Below, piece after piece: positions 47,397 through 60,104 of a stretch of DNA of 64,000 nt. The translations under genes were made by a program, and so were the position numbers. Within the stretch, counting starts at the first letter, position 1. Every line of letters begins with the position of its first letter. The stretch is from contig NW_027596338.1 in the NCBI RefSeq assembly GCF_964194155.1, forward strand, positions 62,001-126,000, read 5' to 3'. This stretch comes from Cetorhinus maximus. Taxonomy: Eukaryota. The notes below the pieces were generated by a model. It worked only from the letters and a program-made list of their open reading frames with translations, searched no databases and was not told where the DNA came from.

Positions 47397-48558
47397 TGTA
47401 AGATTTTAATTCGGGAGTCACAAATTACCCAAAAAGGGGTTCGAAGTCGTAGGTGATTTTGAAGCATTTTATTAAGAAGCAACAGTTTAGATATGATACA
47501 ACAGTTAAATAGGCAGAAAGGACATACAACCCAATCACAGGTGAGAACGGTTTACTGGTCCCTGATTGGACAAATAGATAGGGAGAAGCAAGAGTATGTT
47601 AATCTCTCGGAATGGTTTACTGGTCCCGGATCAGGGGGATGCTGATCTCCATGGCTGGAGGTGACAGTCTCCTCGGAATGGTTTACTGGTCCTGGATCAG
47701 GGAGATGCTGATCTCCGTGGCTGGAGGTGACAGTCTCCTCGGAATGGTTTACTGGTCCTGGATCAGGGGGATGCTGATCTCCATGGCTGGAGGTGACAGT
47801 CTCCTCGGAATGGTTTACTGGTCTCGGATCAGGGAGATGCTGAACTCCGTGGCTGAAGGTGACAGTCTCCTCGGAATGGTTTACTGGTCTCGGATCAGGG
47901 TGATCTTGATCTCCGTGGCTGGAGGTGACAGTCTCCTCGGAATGGTTTACTGGTCCTGGACCAGGGGGATTTTGATCTCCGTGTCTGGAGGTGACGGTCT
48001 CCCTGGAATGGTTTACTGGTCTCGGATCAGGGGGATCCTGATCTCCATGGCTGGAGGTGGCAGTCTCAACCTTTCTTTAAGCCAAAGTGTTCAGCTGAAG
48101 CCAGCATAGATCACTAAGAAGTTCTTTCTTCTCTAAACTGATTTTTCTCTTGAAAGGCTGTTTATATACATTATTTCTGGGGGTCTTTTGTCAATCACTT
48201 ATTAAATTATCAAGGGATAGATTTTCAAGTTAATCCCTCCTATTTCCATTGGAAATCCTTGAAGTCATTTAGTGGCTCATCGCTTTCTAGGGCATCCTGT
48301 TAACCTTTACTCAGACAGTGGGTTTACACATGGGCCACCCCATCACCTTCCACTGACCCTATCAAGTTTGTCTTGTTTCAGGGTCTGTGCTGGAGACATG
48401 TCCTTGGCAGAGTTAACAGGCCTCACTGTCCTGTGTTTGTCAACCCAGGAAGCTTTCTTTATAAGTGAGAGAGAGAGATAGAGACAGAGAGAGAGCTATT
48501 CCTACAATCAATAAATTTCTTTAAAAATTACATGGTTATTGGACAATAATTTCTTCCA
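47397..48558 (-). mobile_element. ERV-like 3' LTR
   Basis: Termini TGTAAGA...TCTTCCA; minus-strand CCAAT 48248, TATATAAA 48161-48168, AATAAA 47468-47473; purine tract aaggtggggaga adjacent at 48561-48572. Confidence 0.75.
47603..48067. repeat. 7 x 66-bp tandem repeat inside LTR
   Basis: Unit ctcctcggaatggtttactggtcctggatcagggggatgctgatctccatggctggaggtgacagt. Confidence 0.97.
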
Positions 48559-48574
48559 GATCTCCCCACCTTGA

Positions 48575-49100
48575 GAAGGAAATATCCTCATTGACTTTTC
48601 ACAAACCAATTTCTGGCTAACCCAGTTATTTCTAAGCTAAGAGCTTGCTTTCATAATTTCATGATTACATACCATCAATAACATACTCAAGATACTAGAA
48701 TTATCAGAATCAGCAACACAAACCCTTGAGCTGCCACCAAGAATAAAGGTAAAAACTTTTCCAGTAAAATGTGATAGCTATCAATTTCGATTCATCCTCC
48801 CCATCTGCAGAAAATCTCACACAATTCTAAATTATTGGCATGTCATAAATACATATGGTTCAAACAAAAGTTCATGCATGGAATTTAAAGATTTTCCAGC
48901 TCTTTCTTCACCTGCATCCACCTTGTGGATATTTTCCAACTGATTCTGGACTTTCTTCAATTTAATTTGGCCTTTTTGAACCTCTTTAGAGAGCCTATAG
49001 AGATACATTTGTAATTCCCATCATACCCTTCTACAATCCCCAGGATATCTCTCACCCCTGGCGTGCCCATGTTCTCTGTCAGTCTTTCTGTCCATCGTTC
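48575..49100 (-). pseudogene. env-like remnant (coiled coil plus transmembrane segment)
   Basis: Minus translation WELQMYLYRLSKEVQKGQIKLKKVQNQLENIHKVD and ILLEKFLPLFLVAAQGFVLLILIILVS just upstream of the purine tract; stops present. Confidence 0.45.
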
Positions 49101-49228
49101 CCTGTAATATGTTAATGTCATTATATACTCCTGGCTTCACTTCGGAATTTCCCCATTCACATTTAACTAAGACTGTTACTTCTCAAGCCTGGGACCTCGA
49201 CCACTGTGATCCTGCTCCTAACAGTCCT

Positions 49229-49802
49229 TGTAAGATTTAGGTCTGGGAGTCACAGATTACCCGAAAAAGGGGATTGATCTCAGAAGTGATTTGAAAGTAG
49301 TTTATTGAGATGCAACTGTTTAAATATGATCAATGAGCTAAATAGACAGGAAAACAGATGACTCGCGACAGGTCAGAATGGTTGACCAGTCCCGGAGGAC
49401 AAATGGACAGATGATGCAGAGTGAGTGCTGGTCTCTGTAGCTGGTGGCTGCAATCTCCTGTGAACGGTTTACTGGTGTGAGCCAGAGTGTGGGTGCTGGG
49501 CTGAAGCCATTACGAATCACTTTGAAATCTTTTTGCTTTCGAGAGCCTGTTTTAACCTTCAGACAGACAGTTGGTTTAAATATGGGTCAAGAGATTCAAT
49601 CGCATCAGGGTTAGAAATGTCTTGTTTCAGGAAATGTGCTTGAGGCCTCCTTGGCAGAGATAACAGGCCTGTCCTGTGTTTGTCATCCAGTAAGCTGCTA
49701 TGGAAGCTTCCTTCATAAGAGAGAGTGAGTGAACAATTTCGATAATATTCCATAAATTTCTGAAGATTTCATAAGTTTATTAGATGGCGATTTCTTAGTC
49801 CA
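49229..49802 (-). mobile_element. Second, diverged LTR of the same family
   Basis: Starts TGTAAGATTT..GGGAGTCACA; shares ccttggcagag.taacaggcct..tcctgtgtttgtca block with 48400-48442; lacks the 66-bp array. Confidence 0.7.
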
Positions 49803-50285
49803 TTACTTGGATTGGAGTTGTCCCCATTTCCATGCCAAGGGGATTTCTGTACCAGACTGGAGGGGTAACATCTGGGGACTCTCGATTCTCAAATCCCATT
49901 CCCCTTCTTTCTGGTGGATAGTGGAGGTGTCAATGTGTGTAATGTGCAGGTCAGTAAGAATTGTCAGCAGGGATTAATCAGCACTTTCTAACTGGAGATG
50001 TTAATCAGTGGAACCTGTCAAACACTGAATTGTAAAGTTCATGATCTTGTAGTAAACTAATTTCTGATGAGTGTCACAGAGTTGTGGGGAAAGATCAGAC
50101 AGCAGTTCTTAAAGGGACACTGCCGCCCCAAGAACACAATCAGCTATAGATTCAGCACATTAGACTCCAGCCCAGTTACAGGGATTATTAACATCAGCAG
50201 AGATAAACCCCAGCTGTCAGAATGAACAATGGTTCAATCCTGGATATGATTAACAGCAGCAATAACATCAGAATCCGTGCAGTCA

Positions 50286-50956
<671 letters not shown>

Positions 50957-51580
50957 GGTGTTTGATGATCAGATGAAGCCTTTTTCACACACAGAACAGT
51001 TCCTCCCCATTGTAAATGATGCAATTTTTTTTTCCAGCTGTGTAACCAGTTAAAGCTCTTTCCACAGTCAGTGCGCTGGAACACTCTCACTCTGGTGTGT
51101 GCGTGTCTCGGTGTTTTTCCAGTCACACTGATGTTTGTATCCTTTTCCCACGGACAAACATTTCTCCTTACACATTCAAGGGCTGATGATATTCAGGTCC
51201 TGATGAATCAAGTGACTGTCAGATCTTGATGTGATGTTCGATTCAAGTTATGTGTCTACAAATTCTCCCCTTCTAATATCTGTAAAAGGGATTTACACAA
51301 GTCGTCTCTGTCAGTAGAGGATAGAAATTCAGAACAGACAATTCTAGTTTCAATGGAACATTTCTTTCCTCTCTTATTCCTCAAAGCTGCAGAACCCCAT
51401 CCCACACACTCTCTCTTCTCCCTGGGCTGAAATCCAGATAAAGTGTTGGATAATTCTTTCTGTATCCTTTTAACAAATTTGTACAACTAGAGATAACAAC
51501 ATGTTTGATAATTCACTTCATTCATTACTCGTGTTAAAAGATTAATCTGAAACACTCTGACCGACCACACAGAATAACAC

Positions 51581-51881
51581 TAAGATAAAAGCAAAAAACT
51601 GCGGATGCTGGAAATCCAAAACAAAAACAAAAATATCGGCAAAAACTCAGCACTTCTCTTTGTCCTTTTGTCTATGACATCTTTTGGCAATCTCCACCTA
51701 TCACTGGCCCTCTACAGCTCTACCTGTCCCACCCCCCACCCTTAAACCAGCTTATATTTCACCTCTTTTCTATTTTTCCTTAGTTCTGATGAAGACTCAT
51801 TCAGACTCGAAACGTTAACTGTATTCCTCTCCGCAGATGCTGTCAGACCTGCTGAGTTTTTCCAGGTATTTTTGTTTTGAT
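51581..51881. mobile_element. Penelope-like short insertion with inverted ends and 12-bp TSD
   Basis: TSD acagaataacac at 51569-51580 and 51882-51893; empty paralogous site ~40727-40740; ctgatgaagactcattcagactcgaaacgtt. Confidence 0.85.
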
Positions 51882-52309
51882 ACAGAATAACACATTAGCC
51901 TTGTGTCCAGAACTTACTGTGTGGAGATTTAATGAGCACTCGTGAAGGTGGTTTTTCCACCCCTGGTGGCTGCATCTTCAGTTCCCTCAGCCCCAAGCTC
52001 TGGAATTCCCTCCCTACATCTCTCCATCTCTACCTCACTTTCCTCCTTTCAGACACTTTTTAAAACCTCCCTCTTTGACCAAGCTTTTGGTCACCAGCCC
52101 TCATATCTCCTCATGTGTCTCGGTGTCACACTTTGTTTTATAATTTTCCTGTGAATTGCACTAGGATGGTTTGTGATGCTAAAGGCTCTATATAAATAGA
52201 AGTTGTTGTTGTTGTTGACTGTAACCCTGACCCTCCTGATTTTTAACAACCCATTGATTTAACAACAAACTCTCTCTCTGATTTTTTGTCTCCTGCGGGT
52301 TTGCGGCCT

Positions 52310-52990
52310 CTATAAAGATGCCGGCCGTTAACTCAGGCCTGTCGCCAGGAGAAGCTGCAGCTGTTTTCCCCCTCGATACAAACGCGGGACCAGAAGCTTC
52401 TTATTCAGGTTTGGGGCAGACAGGCCTCATTCCAGCTACAGCATCAGCACAAGGTGTCAGCTGTGGCTCAGTTCAAAGCACCCTCGCCTTTGAATCAGAA
52501 GGTTGTGTGTTCATGTCCCACTCCCGGAAAACCAAGAACTGTGAATGTACTCGAAAGAGTTACATGCGAACTGTTGATAACTCTAAAGAGTTACAGCATC
52601 AGCACTGCGCATGCTTCAACTCACAAAACCCGGTGATTGATGGCAGGTCCTGACCAATAGGAAAAGGGAGCAGGACAGGAGGACCTCGCGGCAGCGACTG
52701 GTCTTCCACCAATTGGAGTGAATGATGGGCGGGGCTAATCACGGATCTCCCTCATTGGCTGGAACTCTGCATCATTTTGAAAGCTGATCTGTCACAAATT
52801 CCAGCCGGAAACTGGACTTTTTCCTCGCAGTGACAGGCCCGGGGGCAACGGGCTCACTGGCCGCCGTCTTGCAAGTGGAGTCAGGGCGGATCAGGGAGGC
52901 GGGGCTTCCTCCCCGGTGACAGGCCCGGGTTACCTGGGCAACCGGTCGCCGCCATCTTGTGCTGAGGGTTTTCCATCCGGGTCTTGAGTG
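52310..52990. promoter_or_regulatory. Promoter region between head-to-head genes 9 and 10
   Basis: First-exon homolog 52310-52420; TGCGCATGC 52605; CCAAT 52654 and 52709, ATTGG 52754; GC boxes; X-box-like GTTACCTGGGCAAC 52929-52942; GCCGCCATCTT ~52948. Confidence 0.65.
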
Positions 52991-53104
52991 AAGGAATGGA
53001 CAATGAGCTGGAGTCAGTTTGAAAACTGTTCAGAGGCAGGTCTGAAATCAGATTTACATCCAGATACCTGTAAGGACAATAAAGTTTACATCAATTATGT
53101 GTTT

Positions 53105-53270
53105 AAAATGAAATCAGAATGCTGGAAATACTCAGTTCTGAAGAAGAATCATATTGGATTGGAAATGTTAAATCTGTTTCTCTCTCTTCACAGAAGCTGC
53201 CAAACCTGCTGAGGATTTCCAGAACTTTCTGTTTTTATTTCAGATTTCCAGCATCCACCGTATTTTACTA
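53105..53270. mobile_element. Penelope-like terminal fragment
   Basis: tctgaagaagaatcat...acctgctgag..tttccag..cagatttccagcatcc. Confidence 0.7.
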
Positions 53271-53469
53271 AAATTATGTTTTTCTAAAAATTTGTTGCAT
53301 GACTAGTTAAGAGTAAAATAATTGTTGCCATTTAAATGTACAAATCATTTATTATTTATATTTATTTGTGTAACTGAGACTTGGCTGTTCAGGAACAATG
53401 TCAGAATTCACTTCACAGAAAATACGGTGGAAATCTGGAATTCTGTTGTAATTTCGTCAATTTTTAAAA

Positions 53470-54522
53470 ATTGATTAATGGGGTGTGGGTGTCGCTGGCT
53501 GGGTCAGCATTTAATGTTCAACCTTATTTGCCATTAAGAAGGTGGGGGTGAGCTGCCTTCTTGAACCGCTGCAGTCCATGTGGTGTAGGTACACCCACAG
53601 TGCTGTTAGAGAGGGAGTTCCAGGATTTTGACCCAGCGACAGTGAAGGAACTGGATATATTTCCAAGTCAGGATTGTGAGTGGCTTGGAGGGGAATTTCC
53701 AGGTGCTGGTGTTCCCATGTGTCTGCTGCCCTTGTCCTTCTAGATCACACCGGCCATGAGTTTGGAAGGTGCTGCTGTGAAAGAGCCTTGGTGAGTTCCT
53801 ACAGTGCATCTTCTGGATGGTACACACTGCTGCCATGGTTCATTGGTGGTGGTGGGAATGAATATTTGTGGATGGGGTGGCAATCAAGCGAGCTGCTTTT
53901 TCCTGGATGGTGTCAAGCTTCTTGAGTGTTGTGGGAGTTGCACTCATCCAGGCAAGTGGGGAGTATTCCATCACACTCCTGACTTGTGCTTAGTAGATGG
54001 TGTACAGGCTTTGGGGAGTCGGGAAGTAACTTACTCACCGCAGGATTCCCAACCTCTGACCTGCTCTTGTAGCCATGGTATTTATATGGATAGTCAAATT
54101 CAGTTTCTGTCAATGGTAACCCCCCAGAATATTAATAGTGGGGGATTCAGCAATGGTAATGCCATTGAATGTCAAGGCTTGATGGTTAGATTCACTCCTG
54201 TTAGAGATGGTCATTGCCTGGCACTTCTGTGACGCAAATGTGATTTGCCACATGTCAGCCCAAGCCAGGATATTATCCAGGTCTTGCTGCATTTGGACAT
54301 GGACTGCTTCAGTATCTGAGCTGTCGTGAATCGTGCTGAACATCGTGTAATCATCAGCGAACATCCCCACCTCTGACCTCATGATGGAAAGAAGGTCATT
54401 GATGAAGCAACTGAAGATGATTGGGCCTAGCTCACTACCCTGAAGAATTCCTGCAGTGATGTCCTGGAGCTGAGATGATGGACATCCAACAACCTCAGCC
54501 ATCTTCCTTTGTGCTAGGTATT
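53470..54522 (-). mobile_element. CR1-like LINE 3' part; tail shared with the local SINE family
   Basis: AGILQGSELGPIIFSCFINDL, MFADDYT, MQQDLDNILAWADMWQITF. Confidence 0.9.
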
Positions 54523-54559
54523 GAAAATTGAAAAACTGAGATTGCTGGATGTTTATGAG

Positions 54560-55620
54560 GCAAGGATATTAACGATTATGGAATCAATGCAGTTTGGATT
54601 TAACATACAGATAAAGCATCTGCATCCTGGAGCTCAATGTCTGAGATTGGACTGATTCTGTTTTTGTTTTGAAGGTGGTGTAGGCTTCCTGTCTGTTCTT
54701 TAGATTATCTCCACACTTGTGGGTAGTTTGCTCAAGGTGAGATGCAGAGAGGAAAATGGAGAATGGGTTTGGTGCAATGACACAGTCTTGTCTGACCCCA
54801 GCTTCACTGAGATAGGATCTCCGGTGGTTCCGTTTGATGAGGATCACGGCTTTCATGTCATTGTGGAGTAGGCGGAGGATGGTGACAAAGTTCTGAGGGC
54901 AGCCGAATTTGAGGAGAATACTGCATAAAACTTCACATTTGACAGTGTAAAAGACTTTTGTCAGGTTGAAAAAGGGCAAGTACAGCAATTGGTGCTGTTG
55001 CTTGGATTTTTCTTTGGTTTGCTGACCTGTAAAGATTATGTCTGTGGTGCCTCTCGATTGGGGGAAACTGCAGTGTGAATCTGGAAGGAGCTCTTTGGCC
55101 ACTAAGAGAAAGTGGTTGAGGAGGATCCTTGTAATGATTTTCCCTGTGGCAGGAAGCAGGGAGATTCCTCTGTAATTACCTCATTCGGACTTGTCCCTCT
55201 TCTTGAATACAGCCACAATCAGAGTGTCCCAGAGATCCCCCGGTGTGCATCCTTCTTCCCAGTAAGGAATATCAGATTGTCCAGCCAGCAGCGTAACTTC
55301 GCCATGTTTCAGAATTTTATCCGGGATTCCATTTGCTCCAGACCTTGTTGTTTTTCAGCTGTCAAATAGCTTTTTCATTTTCACCCTGGACTGTGGTAGC
55401 ACCGAGACTGAGCCGGATGGAGTATTGAGGAATGGAGTTGAAGACATTCAAGTCAAAGACAGGGCCTTGGTTGAGGAGTTCTCCAAAATGTTCTCTCCAG
55501 TGAGTACAGACCACCTCCCTCTCCTTGAAGAGGTTCCCTCCATGCTTGGCTCTTGATGGGATTGGACCTTGAGTGCTTGGGTCGTAGATGGTCTTGACAG
55601 CGCTGATGAAACCACGTATA
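54560..55620 (-). mobile_element. RTE-clade LINE fragment
   Basis: LPDSHCSFPQSRGTTDIIF, KFGCPQNFVTILRLLH, GVRQDCVIAP, WREHFGELLN. Confidence 0.88.
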
Positions 55621-56399
55621 CAGGGGCAAGGTTGAGGCATCAGAGAGCACACAACCCACCAACACCTTATCTATCCAACCCTTCAATCACACCTGCCCAT
55701 ACGTGACAGAGTTTGCTGAATATGCCTTGGACTTATCTCTAAGCTAATTGAACAAGAATGGAAGCAAATCATCCTCAATCCTGAGGGACTGCTTAAGAAA
55801 GGGAGTCAGGATGAATCAGAGGGGCGGGGCTTCCTCGGTGACAGGCCCAGATCACCCAGGCAACCGGCCAGCATCTTGGGAGAGGCATTTTCAGCTGGCA
55901 GGGTGCATGCGTGACCATCTTGAAGAGGAAACAGAGAGTGGGCAGAGCTTCAGGGTTCCAGTGACCAGGAGAGAAATGATTGACTGATTCACTTTACTGT
56001 GCACAGAGGGGTTGGAGCCCTGAACCCAGTCAGAGTAGAGAGAGGGAGAAAACTGGGAGTGGAAGAAAGAGAAATGGTGAGATGGGTTTGGATTTCAGCC
56101 CAGGGAGGGGGGGGGAGATTGTGTGGGCCGGGGATTTACAGCTTTGGGGAAAATTGTTCCATAGAAACTAGAATTGTCTGTTCTGAATTTCTGTCATCTT
56201 CTTACAGTGACTCCATTTTCAAGCATTAGAAGTGATGTATTTACAGACAGGAAACTCCAACTTTCAAGTTTTAACAGAGTCATTCGATTCAGCAGGCCCT
56301 GAATTCCATCAGACTTTGAATGTGGAAGGAGAAATGTTTGTCTGCTCTGTCTGTGGGATGATTTCAAACATCAGTGTCACTGGAAAAACGCTGGTGTGA

Positions 56400-57197
56400 G
56401 TGCCTCAGGAATGTGGAAAGAGCTTTAATCAGTTACACAGCCTGAAAAAACATCGCACCATTCACAACGGGGAGAAACCGTACACGTGTTCTGTGTGTAG
56501 ACAAGTCTTCAACCTATCATCCAACCTGGAGAGACACAAGGACACCCGCACCACGGAGAAACCGTGGAAATGTGGGGACTGTGGGAAGGGCTTCAGATCC
56601 CCGTCTGTGCTGGAAATTCATCGACGCAGTCACACTGGGGAGAGGCCGTTCACCTGCTCCGTATGTGGGAAGACATTCACTCAGTTATCCAGCTTACATA
56701 CTCACCAGCGAATTCACACTGGGGAGAGACCATTTAAATGCCCAGATTGCAGGACATGCTTTAAAAATTCCGCGGAACTGAGGTCCCATCAACGTGTTCA
56801 CACTGACGAGAGACCGTTCATATGCTCTCACTGTGGAACTGGGTTCAGGCGATCATCTCAACTCACTGCGCACCAGCAAGTTCACACTGGGGAGAGACCG
56901 TTCATTTGCTCTGAATGTGGGAAGGGATTTGCTCGGTCATTCACACTGCTGATACATCAGCACACTCACACTGGGGAGAGGCCGTTCACCTGCCCTGACT
57001 GTGGGAAGAGATTCATTCGGTCATCTCATTTGCACAGACATCGACGCACTCACGGTGGGGAGAGGCCGTTCACCTGCTCTGTGTGTGGGAAAGGATTCAC
57101 TCAGTCATCCCACCTGCGGAGACACCAGCGGGTTCACGAGTCACTGCAGGGGTTGGATTCTGCTGTTCCTGCTGCTGTGAATCACATCCAGGACTGA
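56400..57197 (+). CDS. C2H2 zinc-finger ORF (gene 10), 8 complete fingers, no in-frame ATG; coding status uncertain
   Basis: Uninterrupted 265-codon frame; family ATG is ACG (TTEKPW); ends [18 protein letters not shown]. Confidence 0.6.
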   Translation: MPQECGKSFNQLHSLKKHRTIHNGEKPYTCSVCRQVFNLSSNLERHKDTRTTEKPWKCGDCGKGFRSPSVLEIHRRSHTGERPFTCSVCGKTFTQLSSLHTHQRIHTGERPFKCPDCRTCFKNSAELRSHQRVHTDERPFICSHCGTGFRRSSQLTAHQQVHTGERPFICSECGKGFARSFTLLIHQHTHTGERPFTCPDCGKRFIRSSHLHRHRRTHGGERPFTCSVCGKGFTQSSHLRRHQRVHESLQGLDSAVPAAVNHIQD

Positions 57198-57479
57198 ACG
57201 TGTGGTTTAATTCTGAGATATGTAAGAAATGTGTCCCAGCCCCTCTCTTCCTTCGCTCAGAGCTCCTATACGTGGAAGAGAAGGTATCTTTACAATTGGG
57301 TTTAGAGTCAGGAAGAACAACGGTGAATGCTGGAAACGTGCTGTCAAATCAGAGATTGGTGTAAAACTGTGATCTGTTCCTGACTGAAAGTGAAACGGCA
57401 GCTTTAGATTTCCAGTGAGTATGGTATGAGGAGTGAAAATGTTTGTGTGACATTCCTGAGTCTACCAACGAAATGCAAT

Positions 57480-57745
57480 AACAACGATAAGTTGCATTTA
57501 TATTGAACCTTTAACATAGTAAAACATATCAAGGTGCTTCACAGATGATCAAAAACTTGGTCAAAGAGGTAGATTTTTAGAAGTATTTTAAAGAAGTAGA
57601 GAGAGAGGTTTAGAGAGGGAATTCCAGAGCTCGGGACCTCAGGAGCTGAAATCACGGCCTCCAATGGTGGAGTGATGGAAAGGGTCACAATTGGAGGAGC
57701 ATAAGGAGCTCAGAGGATCATAGGGCTGGAGGAGGTTCCAGAGAC
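57480..57745 (-). mobile_element. L2 3' tail
   Basis: ttgcatttatattgaacctttaacatagtaaaac...ggtcaaagaggtag...gagggaattccagagc. Confidence 0.7.
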
Positions 57746-60104
57746 TGTCTGTTATGGAGAGAGTGGCTGCCTCCATGGAGCTTCAAGCACGACTCTGAAA
57801 TAGGGCCATGCAGGTCATGACCACGGCCGTGCAGGAGATGTCTGCTGCCTTAAACAGGATGACAGACACTGTATCTGTGACCTTACGACACGTCACTGAT
57901 CTCCACCAAGCTGGTCTCTGCAGCAGAATGGGAGGAATGATGTGACTTTGGTCCAGGAGAGGGATGATGGAGAAAGGAGACCTGGAAGTGGGAACTCCAT
58001 TCAAAAGTGTTCCCAATGCTCACGCACTACCCCACCCGACACATGCACCCCCCAGGCAGTAGCCTACACGCTGCCCCATCTCCCACCAGCTGAATCTGCC
58101 CCTGCACAGATACAGGTGGATCAGTCTTTGCCGGGACCCTGAGGGGCTCTGAAATCCAGAGGATGGAGACCACAAGCCTCTCGGCAGTGAGAGCAGGGAT
58201 GTGAGCAGCCTGTCTCTCCCTCTGCTGAAACCACACAGGATGCACCATGTAGAAGCAATAGGAAGGGTCTGGTTTAGAAATTGTAATTCACCAAGGGTGC
58301 ACAGGGGTGTTTGATAAAATATTAATTTCCTTTTAAAATAATGACACAGAAAATGTATTGATTGGAACCATTTCCAGCTCTTGTCCATTCTGACATCCGG
58401 AGGGCCAGCTCACTGGGTTCGTGCTGAATGTCAATCCGGGCTGGGAGCCATTGGGTGGATGTCCAAAGGGTGGATGAGTGGGTGAAGGAATGTTCAGTGA
58501 ACAGGGAGGGGGAGGGGGGAGTTGGTGCTGCTGGTGGGAAGTGTTCATCCTGAAGGAGTCCCACCGAAAATAGTGACCATTCATTTATCACTTTGAAATG
58601 ATTGACCTGCTGTGTATTTCCCCATTTTTGTTCTCTTAGTTTTCCAGGATTTATATATATGTTTTCTTTTTAAGAAAACATTCTTGTTGTAACACTGAAA
58701 TCCAGAGGATTTTAAATCTGTTAAAGTCAATCCCCATCGAGTACACAGGAGGACTCAACTGATTCTAACTTTTTCCTGTTATCAATAAACAAAGATCTTA
58801 TAAGATGTTTATATGAGGAATTGCTTTTCTCTGAGACCAGGGATGGCCAAACTATGTCCCAAAGTTCAGATTTGGGCCTTGAGCCTGGGCTATCGGGCCC
58901 ACATACATGGAGCACCATTACCCAATGTCCTTCATCTCTAATCTAAATCACTCCACCATTAGTGGCTGTGCCTTCAGCTGCCTGGGCCCTACGCTCTGGA
59001 ATTTCCTCCCTAAACCTCTCCACCTTTCTACTTCACGTTCCTCCTTTAAGACACTCCTTATAACCGACCTCTTTAACCAAGCTTTTGGTCGTCTGACCTA
59101 ATATGTCCTTATGCTCCTGTGAAACTCCTTGGGATGTTTTATTATGTGTCAATCAAGCGGGCTGGTTTGTCTTGCGAGCTCACCTCTCAGCTTTGGAAAA
59201 TTTGCCTTCCCCTAATTTAGAACTTTTACTCCTGTTCTATCTTTATCCTTTTCTGTAATGATGCTAAATCTAACCAGATTATGGTCACTATCTCCAAAGT
59301 GGTCCCCACTGCTACTTCATCCACTTGCCCAGCTTCATTTCCTAAGACTAATTCTAGAATTGCACCCAGTCTCACTGGGCTTGTTACGTGCTGGCCAGAA
59401 AGGTTCTCTTCAATGCAGTTCAAGAATTATGTACCCTTCACACTGTGTTCATATCCCAATTGATATTAGGGTAGTTGAAGTCCCCAACTATTACTGCACT
59501 ATTGTTTTTGCACTCAGAAATGTGTCCACATATTTGCTCTTCTAACTCCGTTCCATAATTTGGGGGTCGATAGTACACTCCCAACAGTGTGGCTGCCCTT
59601 TTTTATTTTTGAGGTCAACCCATATGGCCTCATTCGATGCTTCATTTAGTATATCATCCCTCTCACAGCTGTAGTTGATCCTTTAATGGATAATGCTGCA
59701 TCCCCAACTTCTTTATCCCCCTCCCTATCCTGCTTGAAAACTCTATATCCAGGTATGTTGAGCTGCCATTTTTGCCCATCCTTAAGCCAGATTTCCATTA
59801 TACCAATGATATCATGCTGCCATGTGCCTATCTATGCCCTCAGCTCGTCGGCTTTATTTACTATGGTCCTTGCATTTACATATACGCCTTTTAACACTGC
59901 CAAGTTCCTGTGCTGTACATTTTTTAACCTGTGCTGCTTCTGTCTTTCAGAGTCACTCATTAATTCTCCATCTCCCGTTCCCTGCTCTGAATTTTCCCTC
60001 AGGTTCCCATTCCCCTGCCAATCTAGTTTAAACCAAACCCGTCTGCCCCATCCCCTGCACCTCCAACAGCACTAGCAATTCTCCTTGTGAGGATATTTGT
60101 ACCT

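Noticed and set aside
47603-48067. CRISPR array or real protein gene (ORF 47612-48109)
   Set aside because: Units are contiguous with no unique spacers and no cas genes; the ORF follows from a 66-bp unit length and is antisense to the LTR
52455-52525. tRNA gene in the gene 9/10 promoter
   Set aside because: Matches the tRNA-like head of the Deu-type SINE with a broken B box
57750-58560. Possible DNA transposon remnant (also 23980-24480)
   Set aside because: No catalytic motif, TIR or TSD that I can point to
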